From Alphaproteobacteria bacterium (lineage in GTDB: Bacteria > Pseudomonadota > Alphaproteobacteria > JAPOUT01 > G958296285), in assembly GCA_965204775.1 (NCBI GenBank), contig CBDBFH010000029.1, positions 184,468 to 248,467 on the forward strand: DNA of 64,000 nucleotides. Reading direction: 5' to 3'. Within the stretch, counting starts at the first letter, position 1; each line of letters begins with the position of its first letter. Position numbers and translations under genes: made by a program. The notes under the pieces were generated by a model. It did not search any database. It was not told the origin of the DNA and worked only from the letters and a program-made list of their open reading frames with translations. This document shows positions 48,322 through 59,088 of this stretch, in pieces.

Positions 48322-48767
48322 GCGATACGGCGCTGATCGAGGATTTATATAACCGGCGGATTCTGGAACTGGCCGCCGGAATCCCGCGCATTGGCCGTCT
48401 CGACTCGCCGCAGGCCAGCGCGGTCAAGGTCAGCCGTCTGTGCGGCAGCCGGGTTGACGTTGACCTGAACATGGCCGGGGGCAAGGTCAGCGATTTCGCC
48501 CATGAGGTGCGGGCCTGCCTTCTGGGGCAGGCGGCCTCGTCGATCATGGCGCGCAATGTTATCGGCGCGCGGGCGGCGGAGTTGCGCGATCTGGCCGAAA
48601 CCATGCGCAAAATGCTGCGCGAAGGCGGCCCGCCGCCGGGGGGCAAATGGAAAGACCTTGAAATTCTCCAGCCGGTGCGCGATTACAAGGCGCGCCATGC
48701 CTCGACGCTGTTAACCTTCGAGGCAGTCGAGGATTGCCTTGGGCAGATTGAAGGAGAGAAAAAATGA
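48318..48767 (+). CDS. NifU/SufU-like Fe-S cluster assembly scaffold-type protein
   Basis: LYNRRILELAA..RLCGSRVDVDL..RACLLGQAASSIMA..AVEDCL three-Cys pattern. Start overlaps the cysS stop (ATGA). Confidence 0.6.
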   Translation: MSDTALIEDLYNRRILELAAGIPRIGRLDSPQASAVKVSRLCGSRVDVDLNMAGGKVSDFAHEVRACLLGQAASSIMARNVIGARAAELRDLAETMRKMLREGGPPPGGKWKDLEILQPVRDYKARHASTLLTFEAVEDCLGQIEGEKK

Positions 48768-49699
48768 GCAAATTCGGCAGATTGCAACTGGTTCCCTTTA
48801 AGGAAGGGTGGGCCGGCGAGGCCAAGTTCGATGAGTGGCTGATCAGCAAGAATGGTCTTGACCTTCTTGGCGAGACTCTGGACTTCAGCAAGCTGAAGGT
48901 TGTCGACCAGCAAGCCTCCGTCGGATCTTTCCGGGCCGACATTGTTTTGCGGGAAGGCGAGGGCGACAAAATTATTTTGGTCGAGAACCAGCTCGACTGG
49001 ACCAATCATGATCATCTCGGCAAGATTCTGACCTATGCGGTAGGTTTAGGGGCGCAGTGTGTTATCTGGATCGCGGAGGAGTTCTACCCTGAACACCTCG
49101 CCGTCTTTGACTGGCTTAACAGGAGCGCACACGGTAAGATCAGTTTTTATGCTGTGGCAATCAAATTGTATAAGGTTGGGGAGTCCGATCCCGCGCCATT
49201 GTTCAATATTGTCAGTTCGCCGATGGAAACAAAGGCGGCCCATCGGAAGTTTTGGCAAACCTTTAGAATTTTTCTGATGGAAGGGAACAGCAGTCTTAAA
49301 CTGTGGAAGCCTTTTCCTTATGCAGGCAATGGGTGGTTTCAGGCAGGAAAACCAGATTGCTATTTTTGCGGTTTGTGGGGTGAGGAGAATAAGAGTATAC
49401 GAGCTGGATTTATGATTGAGTCAAAAGAGATCGACGAGCAAAAATTGTTCAAGCACTTGAAAAACAATCATAGGCAGGAGATTACGAACAATTTGGGGAA
49501 GGTGAAATGTGAGCACCGCAAGGCGCGGAAATTGCGCTATGTTGATATTTGGCAAGTCAGGGAGAATACCGACCTTATGGATGAAGAGAGATGGCCGGAA
49601 TATCATGCCTGGCTTATGGAGACGCTGCACAAATTCGATGAAACTTTCAGTCCGATTCTTAGGAAGATAGACCTGAAAGATTTTATGCGGTCCAATTGA
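48764..49699 (+). CDS. Hypothetical protein P1: PD-(D/E)xK-nuclease-like N-terminal region plus DUF4268-like C-terminal region (conserved RW motif)
   Basis: Low-GC (~50%) gene. ADIVLRE..KIILVENQ..HDHLGKILTYA resembles a restriction-endonuclease-like core. C-terminal [32 protein letters not shown]; start overlaps the upstream stop. Confidence 0.6.
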   Translation: MSKFGRLQLVPFKEGWAGEAKFDEWLISKNGLDLLGETLDFSKLKVVDQQASVGSFRADIVLREGEGDKIILVENQLDWTNHDHLGKILTYAVGLGAQCVIWIAEEFYPEHLAVFDWLNRSAHGKISFYAVAIKLYKVGESDPAPLFNIVSSPMETKAAHRKFWQTFRIFLMEGNSSLKLWKPFPYAGNGWFQAGKPDCYFCGLWGEENKSIRAGFMIESKEIDEQKLFKHLKNNHRQEITNNLGKVKCEHRKARKLRYVDIWQVRENTDLMDEERWPEYHAWLMETLHKFDETFSPILRKIDLKDFMRSN

Positions 49700-49730
49700 G
49701 AGAAGACGAAGGCAGTGAGTAGCGCAGGAA

Positions 49731-50774
49731 ATGAGCAAATTTGGCAAACTGGAACTGATTCCCTTCAGGGAAGGGTGGCAAAGCGAAGCCGATTTTGATG
49801 AATGGCTTGTCAGCGATGAAGGCCTTGATCTTCTCGGTCAGGCTTTGGATTTAGGCACCGGCGATCTGGAAGTAATAGGAAGACAAGTTCCTGTTGGGCC
49901 CTATAAGGCTGACGTTCTTTTGCGGGTAGGGGAGAACGAGGAAGAAGATAAAATTGTGATTGAAAATCAGCGCAAAAGCACAAACCACGACCATCTCGGC
50001 AAGGTTATAACCTATGCAGCAAACCTGAAGGCGCGGCGTATTGTTTGGATCGCGGAAGTATTCAACGACGAACACCGGGCCGCCTTTGACTGGCTCAATG
50101 AGCATCTGGATGGGGAGATTGAATTTTTTGCTTTGGAAATAGGATTGTGGCGGATTGAAAATTCTGCCCCCGCGCCAAGATTCAATATCATAAGCGAGCC
50201 AAATGAGGTGAGGCAGGCTATAAAAATGTCCTCCGCTTCTGCCGAGTGGACAGAATCGAAGGCTTTTTACCTTAATTTTTGGCGATCTTTCAAAGACTAT
50301 CTTGAGGAGAAGGGAAGCAGGTTCTCCAACAGGAAAGCAACTCCCAGATATTGGGCAGGATATCCGACTGGCAAAGCGTTCGTTGCTTTCAATCTTATAC
50401 TGGTGTCATCCAAAAAGAGCATGCGTATTGATGTTCGTTTTCGTGGAAAGAGAATCAATGGACACGACGTGCTCAATCATATTAAGGCGGCACATGGAGA
50501 AGACATTCGCCACAAACTGGGGGGCAATCTGGAATGGATTTCAACAGGAAAAAAGTGGAAATTTGGCCGCATTGCCCTGACCAGAGAAAATATCAACATC
50601 AGGGATGAAGAGAGATGGCCGGAGTATCATGCCTGGCTTATGGAGACGCTGCACAAATTCGATGAAACTTTCAGGCCAATCCTCGCGGACATTGACCCTG
50701 CCAACTTTCCTCCGGTGCAATTAGCAGAGGGCGAAGATGATGAAGATATCGAAGAGGGGGAAGACGGCGCGTGA
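49731..50774 (+). CDS. Hypothetical protein P2, paralogue of P1 with acidic C-terminal tail
   Basis: Same N-terminus ([21 protein letters not shown]) and same core motifs as P1, plus a near-identical ~80-bp block near the 3' end; low GC. Confidence 0.6.
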   Translation: MSKFGKLELIPFREGWQSEADFDEWLVSDEGLDLLGQALDLGTGDLEVIGRQVPVGPYKADVLLRVGENEEEDKIVIENQRKSTNHDHLGKVITYAANLKARRIVWIAEVFNDEHRAAFDWLNEHLDGEIEFFALEIGLWRIENSAPAPRFNIISEPNEVRQAIKMSSASAEWTESKAFYLNFWRSFKDYLEEKGSRFSNRKATPRYWAGYPTGKAFVAFNLILVSSKKSMRIDVRFRGKRINGHDVLNHIKAAHGEDIRHKLGGNLEWISTGKKWKFGRIALTRENINIRDEERWPEYHAWLMETLHKFDETFRPILADIDPANFPPVQLAEGEDDEDIEEGEDGA

Positions 50775-51034
50775 GGAGTTTTGTTCGCACTCTGATCCTG
50801 TTGCCGGTATGGGCTTATCAGCGTCTGATTTCGCCCCTGCGGCCTCCGGCCTGCCGCTACCTGCCGACCTGCTCCGACTACGCCCGCGAGGCGGTTGAGC
50901 GGCACGGCGCTTTGCGTGGCGGCTGGCTCGCCCTGCGCCGCATCTCACGCTGCCACCCTTGGGGGGGCGAAGGCTTCGACCCCGTCCCCAAAGCCTTGCC
51001 CGGCCCCCGCGCTTCTGGCAAAACCCGTCCATGA
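50771..51034 (+). CDS. yidD: Membrane protein insertion efficiency factor YidD
   Basis: [36 protein letters not shown] start overlaps the P2 stop. Confidence 0.75.
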   Translation: MRSFVRTLILLPVWAYQRLISPLRPPACRYLPTCSDYAREAVERHGALRGGWLALRRISRCHPWGGEGFDPVPKALPGPRASGKTRP

Positions 51035-52980
51035 TTACGATCACCCTGCCCGGCGGGGCGGCCCAGCAATTCGACCAGCCCATTGACGGCCACGCCCTCG
51101 CCGCCGCCTCCCCCAAACGCGCCAAAAACGCCATCGCCGTCGAACTGGACGGCAAACTCAAAGACCTCGCCGCGCCCATCACCCGGGACGCCAACGCCCG
51201 CCTCATCACCCCCGATATGCCCGAAGGACTGGAAATCCTCCGCCACGACGCCGCCCATGTCATGGCCCAGGCCGTGCAGGAACTCTTCCCCGGCACCCAG
51301 GTGACCATCGGCCCGGTGATCGAAAACGGCTTCTATTACGACTTCGCCCGCAGCGACCCCTTCCGCCCCGAAGACCTGCCCAAAATCGAACGGCGCATGA
51401 GCGAAATCGTCGCCCGCGACCTCCCCATCGCCCGCGAAGTCTGGGAGCGCGCCGCCGCGGTCAAGCACTTCCGCAAAATCGGCGAGACCTACAAGGCCGA
51501 ACTCATCGAGGCCATCCCCGAAGGCGAGGAGATCACCATCTACCGCCAGGGCGACTGGCTCGACCTGTGCCGCGGCCCCCACCTGCCCTCGACCGGAAGG
51601 CTCGGAACCGCTTTCAAACTCACCCGCATCGCCGGAGCCTACTGGCGCGGCGATTCACGCAACCCCATGCTCCAGCGCATCTACGGAACCTGCTGGGCCT
51701 CCCCCAAAGAGCTGCGCGCCTATCTTACCCGCCTCGAAGAAGCCGAAAAACGCGATCACCGCAAACTGGGCCGCGCCATGAGCCTCTTTCACTTCGAGGA
51801 CAGCGCCCCCGGCGCAGCCTTCTGGCATCCGGAGGGCTGGCGGCTTCTCCGCGCTCTCTCCGGCTACCTGCGCCGCGTCCAGAACGCCGCCGGATACCGC
51901 GAAGTCAACACCCCCGACATGCTCGACCGAAGCCTCTGGGAGCGCTCCGGACACTGGGACAAATTCGCTGACAATATGTTCACCGCCCAAACCCCCGATC
52001 AGCGCATCTTCGCCCTCAAGCCGATGAACTGCCCCGGACACATCGCCATCTACCGGCAGGGCCTGCGCAGCTACCGCGACCTGCCGCTCCGCCTCAGCGA
52101 GTTCGGCAAAGTCCACCGCTGCGAGTCCTCCGGCTCGCTCCACGGCCTGCTGCGCGCCCGCCACTTCACCCAGGACGACGCCCATATCTTCTGCACCCAT
52201 GACCAGATCGCCGGCGAATGCCGCGCCGTCGCCGAACTGATCCTCTCGATTTACCGGAACTTCGGATTCGAAGACGTCCGGATCGAATTCTCCGACCGCC
52301 CCGAACAGCGCATCGGCTCCGATGACATCTGGGACCGCGCCGAAGACGCCCTGCGCAAAGCCGCGCAACACGCCGGAGTCCAATTCCGGCGCAACCCCGG
52401 CGACGGCGCGTTCTACGGACCCAAACTCGACTTCATCCTCCGCGACGCCATAGGCCGCGACTGGCAATGCGGAACCGTCCAGCTCGACTTCAACCTCCCC
52501 GGCAGACTCGGCGCCTTCTATATCGGCGCGGACGGCGCAAAACACACCCCGGTCATGATCCACCGCGCCCTGTTCGGCTCCATCGAGCGCTTCGCCGCCA
52601 TCCTCATCGAGCACTATGCGGGCTGGCTGCCTCTCTGGCTTGCGCCGGTGCAGGCGGTCGTCTCCCCGATCACCAACGCCCACGACGCCTACGCCCGCAA
52701 AGCCGCCGCCTGCCTCGAACAGGCCGGACTCGCCGTCCGCGCCGACCTGCGCAGCGAAAAAATCGCCTACAAAGTGCGCGAACATTCGCTGGCCCGCATT
52801 CCCCTCCTCGCCGCCGTTGGCGCGCGCGAGGCCGCCGATAACACCATCGCCCTGCGCCGCCTCGGAGAGGCAAAGGCCAGGCAGCAAATCCTCCCCCTCG
52901 AAGACGCCGCCCGCCGCCTCGCGCAGGAAGCGCAGCCCCCCGTCCCCCGCCGGGCCGCCCAGTCAATAGCGAAACCATAA
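51031..52980 (+). CDS. thrS: Threonyl-tRNA synthetase
   Basis: N-terminal TGS domain (MITITLPGG), class II catalytic core, anticodon-binding domain. Start ATG at 51031 overlaps the yidD stop. Confidence 0.9.
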   Translation: MITITLPGGAAQQFDQPIDGHALAAASPKRAKNAIAVELDGKLKDLAAPITRDANARLITPDMPEGLEILRHDAAHVMAQAVQELFPGTQVTIGPVIENGFYYDFARSDPFRPEDLPKIERRMSEIVARDLPIAREVWERAAAVKHFRKIGETYKAELIEAIPEGEEITIYRQGDWLDLCRGPHLPSTGRLGTAFKLTRIAGAYWRGDSRNPMLQRIYGTCWASPKELRAYLTRLEEAEKRDHRKLGRAMSLFHFEDSAPGAAFWHPEGWRLLRALSGYLRRVQNAAGYREVNTPDMLDRSLWERSGHWDKFADNMFTAQTPDQRIFALKPMNCPGHIAIYRQGLRSYRDLPLRLSEFGKVHRCESSGSLHGLLRARHFTQDDAHIFCTHDQIAGECRAVAELILSIYRNFGFEDVRIEFSDRPEQRIGSDDIWDRAEDALRKAAQHAGVQFRRNPGDGAFYGPKLDFILRDAIGRDWQCGTVQLDFNLPGRLGAFYIGADGAKHTPVMIHRALFGSIERFAAILIEHYAGWLPLWLAPVQAVVSPITNAHDAYARKAAACLEQAGLAVRADLRSEKIAYKVREHSLARIPLLAAVGAREAADNTIALRRLGEAKARQQILPLEDAARRLAQEAQPPVPRRAAQSIAKP

Positions 52981-53766
52981 CCCCGCAAAGAACACCGTCT
53001 GCCGCTCGGTATTCGCGCCGCCCAAAGTGCGCCGCGCCCCCGCCTCCACCGAAACCGCGCGCCCCGCATCATAAACCAGCGCCAGCTGCGCCAGCGTCTC
53101 GCGCCCCCGCCCCGCCGCGCCCCCCGTCTCGACCCGGCTGAACAGATCGCCCGTCACCAGAACCCGCGCCGCCGGACGCCAGCCAAACCCGAAATCGGCA
53201 TGATACGCGTTGCGCCCCGAAACAATCTCGCTCCACTGCCGCCGAAAATGAACCTCCCAATACGCCGGACGCCCAAACAGCCCCCACGAACGCCCCAGCC
53301 GCACCCCCGCCGATCCCGCAAAGCCCTCTTCCGTGCCTCCGGTCGAGCGGTTCTCCTCCCGGCCATAACCGGCGGACGCCTCAAGCGAGAACGCCGCCCG
53401 CTTCCCCTCCCCAATCCGAAGCCGCACTCCCGCCGCGCCCTGCGTCCGCCTCCGGCGCGCTTCAAGGCCCCGCCCCGGCTTGTCCACCTCCTCCCGCGTC
53501 TGCAAATCCCCCACCAGCGTCAGGCCCTCCAGCAACCCCGCCTCGCCATACAGACTCCATCCCCGGCCATAAAAATCCCCCCGCTCCTCCGCATTCCCCC
53601 CGCCGCCATAGCGGTGGCGCGCCTCCGAATAGGCAAAGCGTGCAATCACCTGCCCCGTCCCCGGCGCCAGCGTCCACGCCCCCGCCCAACACGGCGAAGA
53701 CAGCAAACAACAGAAACCTGCAACAACCGCCGGACCCAACCGGCTTCGCCGCCCCGCCTCCGTCAT
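52963..53766 (-). CDS. Putative outer-membrane beta-barrel protein
   Basis: Signal peptide, alternating amphipathic beta-strand pattern, C-terminal aromatic (..GLWFRY). Confidence 0.45.
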   Translation of the reverse strand: MTEAGRRSRLGPAVVAGFCCLLSSPCWAGAWTLAPGTGQVIARFAYSEARHRYGGGGNAEERGDFYGRGWSLYGEAGLLEGLTLVGDLQTREEVDKPGRGLEARRRRTQGAAGVRLRIGEGKRAAFSLEASAGYGREENRSTGGTEEGFAGSAGVRLGRSWGLFGRPAYWEVHFRRQWSEIVSGRNAYHADFGFGWRPAARVLVTGDLFSRVETGGAAGRGRETLAQLALVYDAGRAVSVEAGARRTLGGANTERQTVFFAGLWFRY

Positions 53767-55106
53767 TCGGCGGGCGCTTTGCTCTGCCCGGCCTGCCAGC
53801 GCTCCAGATAGTCCCGGCTCGCCGCATAGGGCTTCAGACCGGCAAGCGTCACAAGCGCGGCCAGCGCCAGAATGACCAGCGGAACCAGCGACAGCGAATA
53901 GCGCAGCATCATATCGTCCTGAAACAGATAGTCCGTCGCCAGCGCAATCATCGTCGGCCCCAGACCCAGGCCGATCAGATTAATGACGAAAATCATCAGC
54001 GCCGAAGCCGACCCGCGCATCCGGTTGGGCATCAGCTCCTGTATCCCGGCGGCCCCCGCCCCGGTCGTCAGGGTGGCGAAGAAGGTCGCCGGAATTATCA
54101 GCGTCGTCGCCAGCGCCGCGCTCCCGGCCAGCGGAGCCATAACGGCAAAAGGCAGCGTCCCCAGCGCGCAGATCAAATGCACCCGCATCTTGCCGTTGCG
54201 CACGCCGCGCCGGGTCAGCCAGTCGCCCAGCCAGCCCCCGGCGATCACCCCTCCGGTCCCGAAGACGACGATGATCAGGCCATAGACGATCCCGGCCTCG
54301 CCTGCCGTCCAGCCGAAAGTGCGAATATAGAAAGTCGGAATCCAGGCCGCGACCCCATAGGACATTGTCGAGATCAGGGCGAGGCTGATATTGTGGCAAA
54401 AGATCGTGCGGCGGTTGGCGTTGATATAGGCGAAGAGAGTCGAAAGCGGCACGCCGCTCCCGCCGCCCGCCCCGGCGCCGTGGCGCTTCGGCTCGCGGAC
54501 CGACGCCATCCACAGCGCGAGCGGCAGGCCGGGCAGGCCGACAATCAGAAACACCATCTGCCACGGATAGATCTCGCCGAAGACCGGCAGGACGAGGCTG
54601 GACATCGTCTCGGTCGCCTGCACGACGCCGCCGCCGATGATCAGCGCCAGCCCGGCGCCGATATAGATTCCGGTGCTGTAAATGCCGAGCGCCAGCCCCT
54701 GCCGCTCCGGCTTGAAGTAGTCGGTGAGCATCGAATAGGCCGCCGGCGAGAGCGCCGCCTCCCCGACCCCGACCCCCATCCGGTAGAGAAACAGCTGCCC
54801 GTAAGAGCGCGCAATCCCGCACAGGGCGGTCATCAGACTCCAGAAAAAGATGCCCAGCGAGATGATCCGCACCCGGTTGTGGGAATCGACCATCCGTCCG
54901 ATCGGCAGCCCCATCACGGAATAGAAGAGCGCAAAGGCGAAGCCCTGCAGAAGGCTGACCTGGGTGTCGGAGATGCCCAGGTCGCGCTTCATCGGCCCGA
55001 CCAGCAAACTCAGAATCTGCCGGTCAATGAACGAGAACGTATAGGCAATAACCAGCAGCCCGACGACATACCAGGCATAGAGCGGCTTGACGCCGTCATA
55101 CGTCAT
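53763..55106 (-). CDS. MFS transporter
   Basis: 12-TM MFS with the GRMVDSHNR-type motif A region. Confidence 0.8.
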   Translation of the reverse strand: MTYDGVKPLYAWYVVGLLVIAYTFSFIDRQILSLLVGPMKRDLGISDTQVSLLQGFAFALFYSVMGLPIGRMVDSHNRVRIISLGIFFWSLMTALCGIARSYGQLFLYRMGVGVGEAALSPAAYSMLTDYFKPERQGLALGIYSTGIYIGAGLALIIGGGVVQATETMSSLVLPVFGEIYPWQMVFLIVGLPGLPLALWMASVREPKRHGAGAGGGSGVPLSTLFAYINANRRTIFCHNISLALISTMSYGVAAWIPTFYIRTFGWTAGEAGIVYGLIIVVFGTGGVIAGGWLGDWLTRRGVRNGKMRVHLICALGTLPFAVMAPLAGSAALATTLIIPATFFATLTTGAGAAGIQELMPNRMRGSASALMIFVINLIGLGLGPTMIALATDYLFQDDMMLRYSLSLVPLVILALAALVTLAGLKPYAASRDYLERWQAGQSKAPAE

Positions 55107-55113
55107 GCCGGCG

Positions 55114-56340
55114 TCATGCCGGGGTTTTTCCGAAGACTCCGGCCTTGCGGCGCTTGTCCAGTTCGGCCTGGCTCATGCCGGCTTCGGCGAGGACGGCGAG
55201 AGTGTCGCGGCCCAGTTCGGGGGAGGCGGGGAAGACCTCCTGCGCCGGGGGCGCGTCCGGTCCTTCAAAGCGAACCGGACCGCAAACCGTCCGGTAGGTG
55301 GCGCCGCTCCCGCCCGGCTCGCGCATTTCGCGGAAGGCCCCGGCGGCCTCGGCCTGCGCATCCCCGGCGACATCGGCGGGCCGCAGGACGGGCGCCCAGA
55401 CGATATCGGCCTTGTCGAGCCGGTCCTCCCATTCCTCGAAGTCTCCGGCGGCGAATATCCGGTCGAGGCGCTCAACGGCTTCGGCGGCATGGGCGCGGCG
55501 TCCGCCGGGGGTGTGGAAGCGGGTGTCGGCGGCGAGGTCCTTCGCCCCAACCCCCATACACAGACGCTGCCACTCCTTCGCGCCCTGCCGGGGGACGATC
55601 ACCAGCCAGCGTCCGTCGCGGGTCCGAAAGTAGTTGCTGAAGGGGTGGAAGATCTGATGGCGAGTCTTGGTCGAAGACATCCGCCCGAATTTCAGCTGAA
55701 TGGCGGTGTCCGCGCCAAGCGCATAGATTCCGGCGCGCAGCAGCGAGGCGTCGATCATCGCGCCCTTGCCGCTCCGGCTGCGGGCGTGGAGGGCGGCGAG
55801 AATCCCGGCGGCTGTTCCCACCCCGGTAATGTGATCGCCCACCCCCATGCGCGGCGGAACAGGCTCCTCGCCCTTGCGGGTCGAGGCATGAGTCAGCCCC
55901 GACCGGGCAAAAAACGCGCTGATATCAAACCCGGGGCGGCCTCGATCGGGTCCGGCGTGGCCGTAGCCGGTGACGCTGGCGTAGATCAGGGAGGGGAAGC
56001 CGTCTTTGAGGCTGGAATAGTCGAGTTTGAGTTTTTCGAGCGCGGCGGGGCGCATATTGGTCAGGAAGACGTCGGCCCCGCCGAGCAACAGGCGCAGCGC
56101 CTCGATTCCGGCGGGCTGCTTGAGGTCGAGGACGACGCTGCGCTTGCCGCGATTGTCGAGGTCGAAGACCGGGTTGCCGGACAGGTCGTCGCGCAGCAGG
56201 CCGGAGAAGACCCCGCGCATGGGGCAGCCTTCGGGCGGCTCGACCTTGATGACGTCGGCCCCCCACTCGGACAGGAGCATCCCCGCCGAGGGCGCGGCGA
56301 TATAGGTGGCGAGTTCGATGACCCGGAGTCCTTCAAGCAT
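55114..56340 (-). CDS. CoA-transferase family III (CaiB/BaiF)
   Basis: GLRVIELATYIAAPSAGMLLSEWGADVIKVEPP N-terminus. Confidence 0.85.
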   Translation of the reverse strand: MLEGLRVIELATYIAAPSAGMLLSEWGADVIKVEPPEGCPMRGVFSGLLRDDLSGNPVFDLDNRGKRSVVLDLKQPAGIEALRLLLGGADVFLTNMRPAALEKLKLDYSSLKDGFPSLIYASVTGYGHAGPDRGRPGFDISAFFARSGLTHASTRKGEEPVPPRMGVGDHITGVGTAAGILAALHARSRSGKGAMIDASLLRAGIYALGADTAIQLKFGRMSSTKTRHQIFHPFSNYFRTRDGRWLVIVPRQGAKEWQRLCMGVGAKDLAADTRFHTPGGRRAHAAEAVERLDRIFAAGDFEEWEDRLDKADIVWAPVLRPADVAGDAQAEAAGAFREMREPGGSGATYRTVCGPVRFEGPDAPPAQEVFPASPELGRDTLAVLAEAGMSQAELDKRRKAGVFGKTPA

Positions 56341-56481
56341 GGCGGTTCTCCTTCGGGCCGATCATTGTCGAAAGGGCGGGCGAGGTCAATCCCGCGCGCG
56401 CGGCGGGGGAGGGGGGAGGAAAGCTTTGCCCCGGCGGCGCGCCGGGGGTAGTCTTTGTCCGGCGGCGGGCCGGAGGAGAGA

Positions 56482-57291
56482 ATGGCGGCGGACGGAGCAG
56501 ACAGGGCAGGGGCAGGGGCGCAGACGGGCGGGCTGATCCCGGCGGCGACGGTGCTTTTGGTGCGCGACGGCGCGCCGGGCCTTGAGGTTTTCATGGTCCA
56601 GAGGCATCGCCGGATTGACTTTGCTTCGGGGGCGCTGGTGTTTCCGGGCGGGCGGGTTGATGCGCAGGACGCGCAGGTCGCGGGCCGGGCGCGAGGGCTG
56701 GAGGGCCTGTCCGGCGAGGCCGCCGCGCTGCGAATCGCCGCGATCCGCGAGGCCTTCGAGGAGGCGGGCATTTTGCTCGCCCGCCGGAGCGGGGCGCTGC
56801 TCTCCGGCAGCGAGGCCGCCGCGCTGGGCCACTGGCGCGAGAAGATCGAGAGCCGCCGGGCCGGACTGCTCGACTTTCTGGAGCGCGAAAACCTTCAGCT
56901 CGACGCCGGGGCGGCGGTTCCCTATGCCCACTGGATCACGCCGAAGGGGATGCCCAAGCGGTTTGATACGTATTTCTTCATTGCCGCCGCGCCGCCCGAC
57001 CACGCCGGGGCGCATGACGGGCGCGAGACGACCGACTCGGTCTGGATTCGCCCCCGCGCCGCCCTCGAAGACGCCGAGGCGGGCCGCCGCCAGGTCATCT
57101 TCCCGACCCGAATGAATCTCGCCCTGATCACCGAATGCGCCAACGCCGCGCAGGCTCTGGCCGAAGCGCGGCGGCGGCGGATCGTCACCGTCGAGCCGAA
57201 GATCACCCAGGAGAACGGCGAGGCGATGCTCAGCATTCCCCCCGAGGCCGGATATCCGGTCACCCGCGAGCCGCTCAGCCGCGACATGTAA
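56482..57291 (+). CDS. NUDIX hydrolase
   Basis: Nudix box region (GGRVDAQD..IREAFEEAGILL). [10 protein letters not shown] before the ATG at 56482. Confidence 0.7.
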   Translation: MAADGADRAGAGAQTGGLIPAATVLLVRDGAPGLEVFMVQRHRRIDFASGALVFPGGRVDAQDAQVAGRARGLEGLSGEAAALRIAAIREAFEEAGILLARRSGALLSGSEAAALGHWREKIESRRAGLLDFLERENLQLDAGAAVPYAHWITPKGMPKRFDTYFFIAAAPPDHAGAHDGRETTDSVWIRPRAALEDAEAGRRQVIFPTRMNLALITECANAAQALAEARRRRIVTVEPKITQENGEAMLSIPPEAGYPVTREPLSRDM

Positions 57292-58050
57292 TCAGGGCGC
57301 GAATTGCTCGCGCAGGATTCGCTCTTCCAGTCCGTGATCCTTGTCGAAGAGAAGGTCGAGGCGCGCCGACTTGTCCTCGCGGACTTCGACCCGGATGACA
57401 TTGCGCACTTCCTGATGATCGGCGATGGCGCTGACCGGGCGTCTTTCGTGGTCGAGGATGTCTAAGGCCACCCGCGCCGCCGACGGCAAAAGCGCCCCGC
57501 GCCATTGCCGCGGACGAAAGGCGCTGATCGGCGTCAGCGCCAGCAGCGGCGCGTCGAGCGGCAGCACAGGCCCGTGCACCGACCGGTTATAGGCCGTGCT
57601 CCCGGCGGGGGTTGCGACCAGAACCCCGTCGCTCATCAACTCTTCGAGGCGCATTTTGCCGTCCACCGAAATTCTGATCCGCGCCGTTTGCGGGCTTTGC
57701 CGCAGGAGCGAGACCTCGTTGACCGCCAGCGCGCTCAGTTCGGCGCCGTCCCCGCGCGCCTCCATCCGCAGGGGGTGGAGGGTGGTTCGGCGGGCGGCGG
57801 CGATCCGTTCGGGGAGGCCGTCCTCGCTCCACGCATTCATCAAAAAGCCGACCGCGCCCAGCTTCATTCCGTAAATCGCCGGGCCGCCCTTCTTCAGCGA
57901 CTCATGGAGCGCGCGCAACATGGTGCCGTCGCCGCCCAGAACGACCAGCGCCTCGGCGTCTTCCGGCGGAATGTCGCCGCAGCGGCGGCGCAGGCGCTCG
58001 GCGGCGCGGCGCGCTTCAGGGGCCGGGGAGGAGACAAACGCGATCTTCAT
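57292..58050 (-). CDS. nadK: NAD kinase
   Basis: [27 protein letters not shown] motifs. Confidence 0.85.
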   Translation of the reverse strand: MKIAFVSSPAPEARRAAERLRRRCGDIPPEDAEALVVLGGDGTMLRALHESLKKGGPAIYGMKLGAVGFLMNAWSEDGLPERIAAARRTTLHPLRMEARGDGAELSALAVNEVSLLRQSPQTARIRISVDGKMRLEELMSDGVLVATPAGSTAYNRSVHGPVLPLDAPLLALTPISAFRPRQWRGALLPSAARVALDILDHERRPVSAIADHQEVRNVIRVEVREDKSARLDLLFDKDHGLEERILREQFAP

Positions 58051-58059
58051 CCGATCCGG

Positions 58060-59088
58060 TCAGCCTCCGGTGACCGACATCATCCGCCCCGGACCCGTCG
58101 CCAGCGAGGCTTCCGCCGACCCCGGCAGCACGGCAAAATGATGCCGCTCCGCCTTGCGCGCCAGCGCAGTCCGAATGGCCCGCGCCGCCCCCGCCCCCCC
58201 GCCTTCGCGCAGGGCGGAGCGCAAATTGACATGATCGGCATGGCCCAGACACATGAACAGGCGGCCCGTGCAGTCCACCCGCACCCGGTTGCAATTCGCG
58301 CAGAAATTATTGGTGAGCGGCGTGATCAAACCCAGCCGCCCCCCCGTCTCGCGCAGATCGAAGTAACGCGCCGGACCGCCGGTCGCATGATCGCTCTCCT
58401 CCAGCGTCCAGAGGCGGGCGAGGCGCTCGCGGACAATCGTCAAAGGCAGATGCGCCCCGCTTATATTCAGGCCGGTGTCGCCCATCGGCATCGCCTCAAT
58501 CAGGGTGATGTCCATGCCCCGCTCATGCGCCCAGGCGATCATGCCGGGAATCTCGTCCTCGTTCAGGCCCCGGAGCGCAACCATGTTGAGCTTGACGGCG
58601 AGTCCGGCCTGGCGGGCGGCTTCGATCCCGGCGAGAACCTCGTCGAGCCGCCCGCGCCGGGCGATCCGCGCAAACAGCGCCGGGTCGCGCGTGTCCAGCG
58701 AAACATTGACCCGCTCCACCCCAAACTCACGCAGCCGCCCGGCGCATGAGGCCAGCCGTCCGGCGTTGGTGGTGAGGGTCACTTCGTCCAATTCTCCGGC
58801 TTTGCGCCAGCGCCCCAGAGTCTCAACCAGTTCCAGAACGCCGCGCCGGACAAGCGGCTCGCCGCCGGTCAGGCGAATCTTGCGCACCCCGAGCAGGCGG
58901 AACGCCTCGCACAGGCGGGCGAGTTCGGCAATTGAGAGAACGTCCCTGCGGGGGAGGAAGGTCATCCGCTCCGGCATGCAGTAGACGCAGCGCAGATCGC
59001 AGCGGTCGGTGACCGAGAGGCGCAGATAGGTGACCCGCCGTCCGAAGCCGTCGAGCAGGGCGGGGGTTTTGTGGGGTGCTTCGGTCAT
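58060..59088 (-). CDS. moaA: GTP 3',8-cyclase (molybdenum cofactor biosynthesis protein A)
   Basis: Radical-SAM CDLRCVYCMP; C-terminal Cys cluster. Start at ATG 59088 (MTEAPHK); the longer upstream extension is rejected. Confidence 0.9.
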   Translation of the reverse strand: MTEAPHKTPALLDGFGRRVTYLRLSVTDRCDLRCVYCMPERMTFLPRRDVLSIAELARLCEAFRLLGVRKIRLTGGEPLVRRGVLELVETLGRWRKAGELDEVTLTTNAGRLASCAGRLREFGVERVNVSLDTRDPALFARIARRGRLDEVLAGIEAARQAGLAVKLNMVALRGLNEDEIPGMIAWAHERGMDITLIEAMPMGDTGLNISGAHLPLTIVRERLARLWTLEESDHATGGPARYFDLRETGGRLGLITPLTNNFCANCNRVRVDCTGRLFMCLGHADHVNLRSALREGGGAGAARAIRTALARKAERHHFAVLPGSAEASLATGPGRMMSVTGG

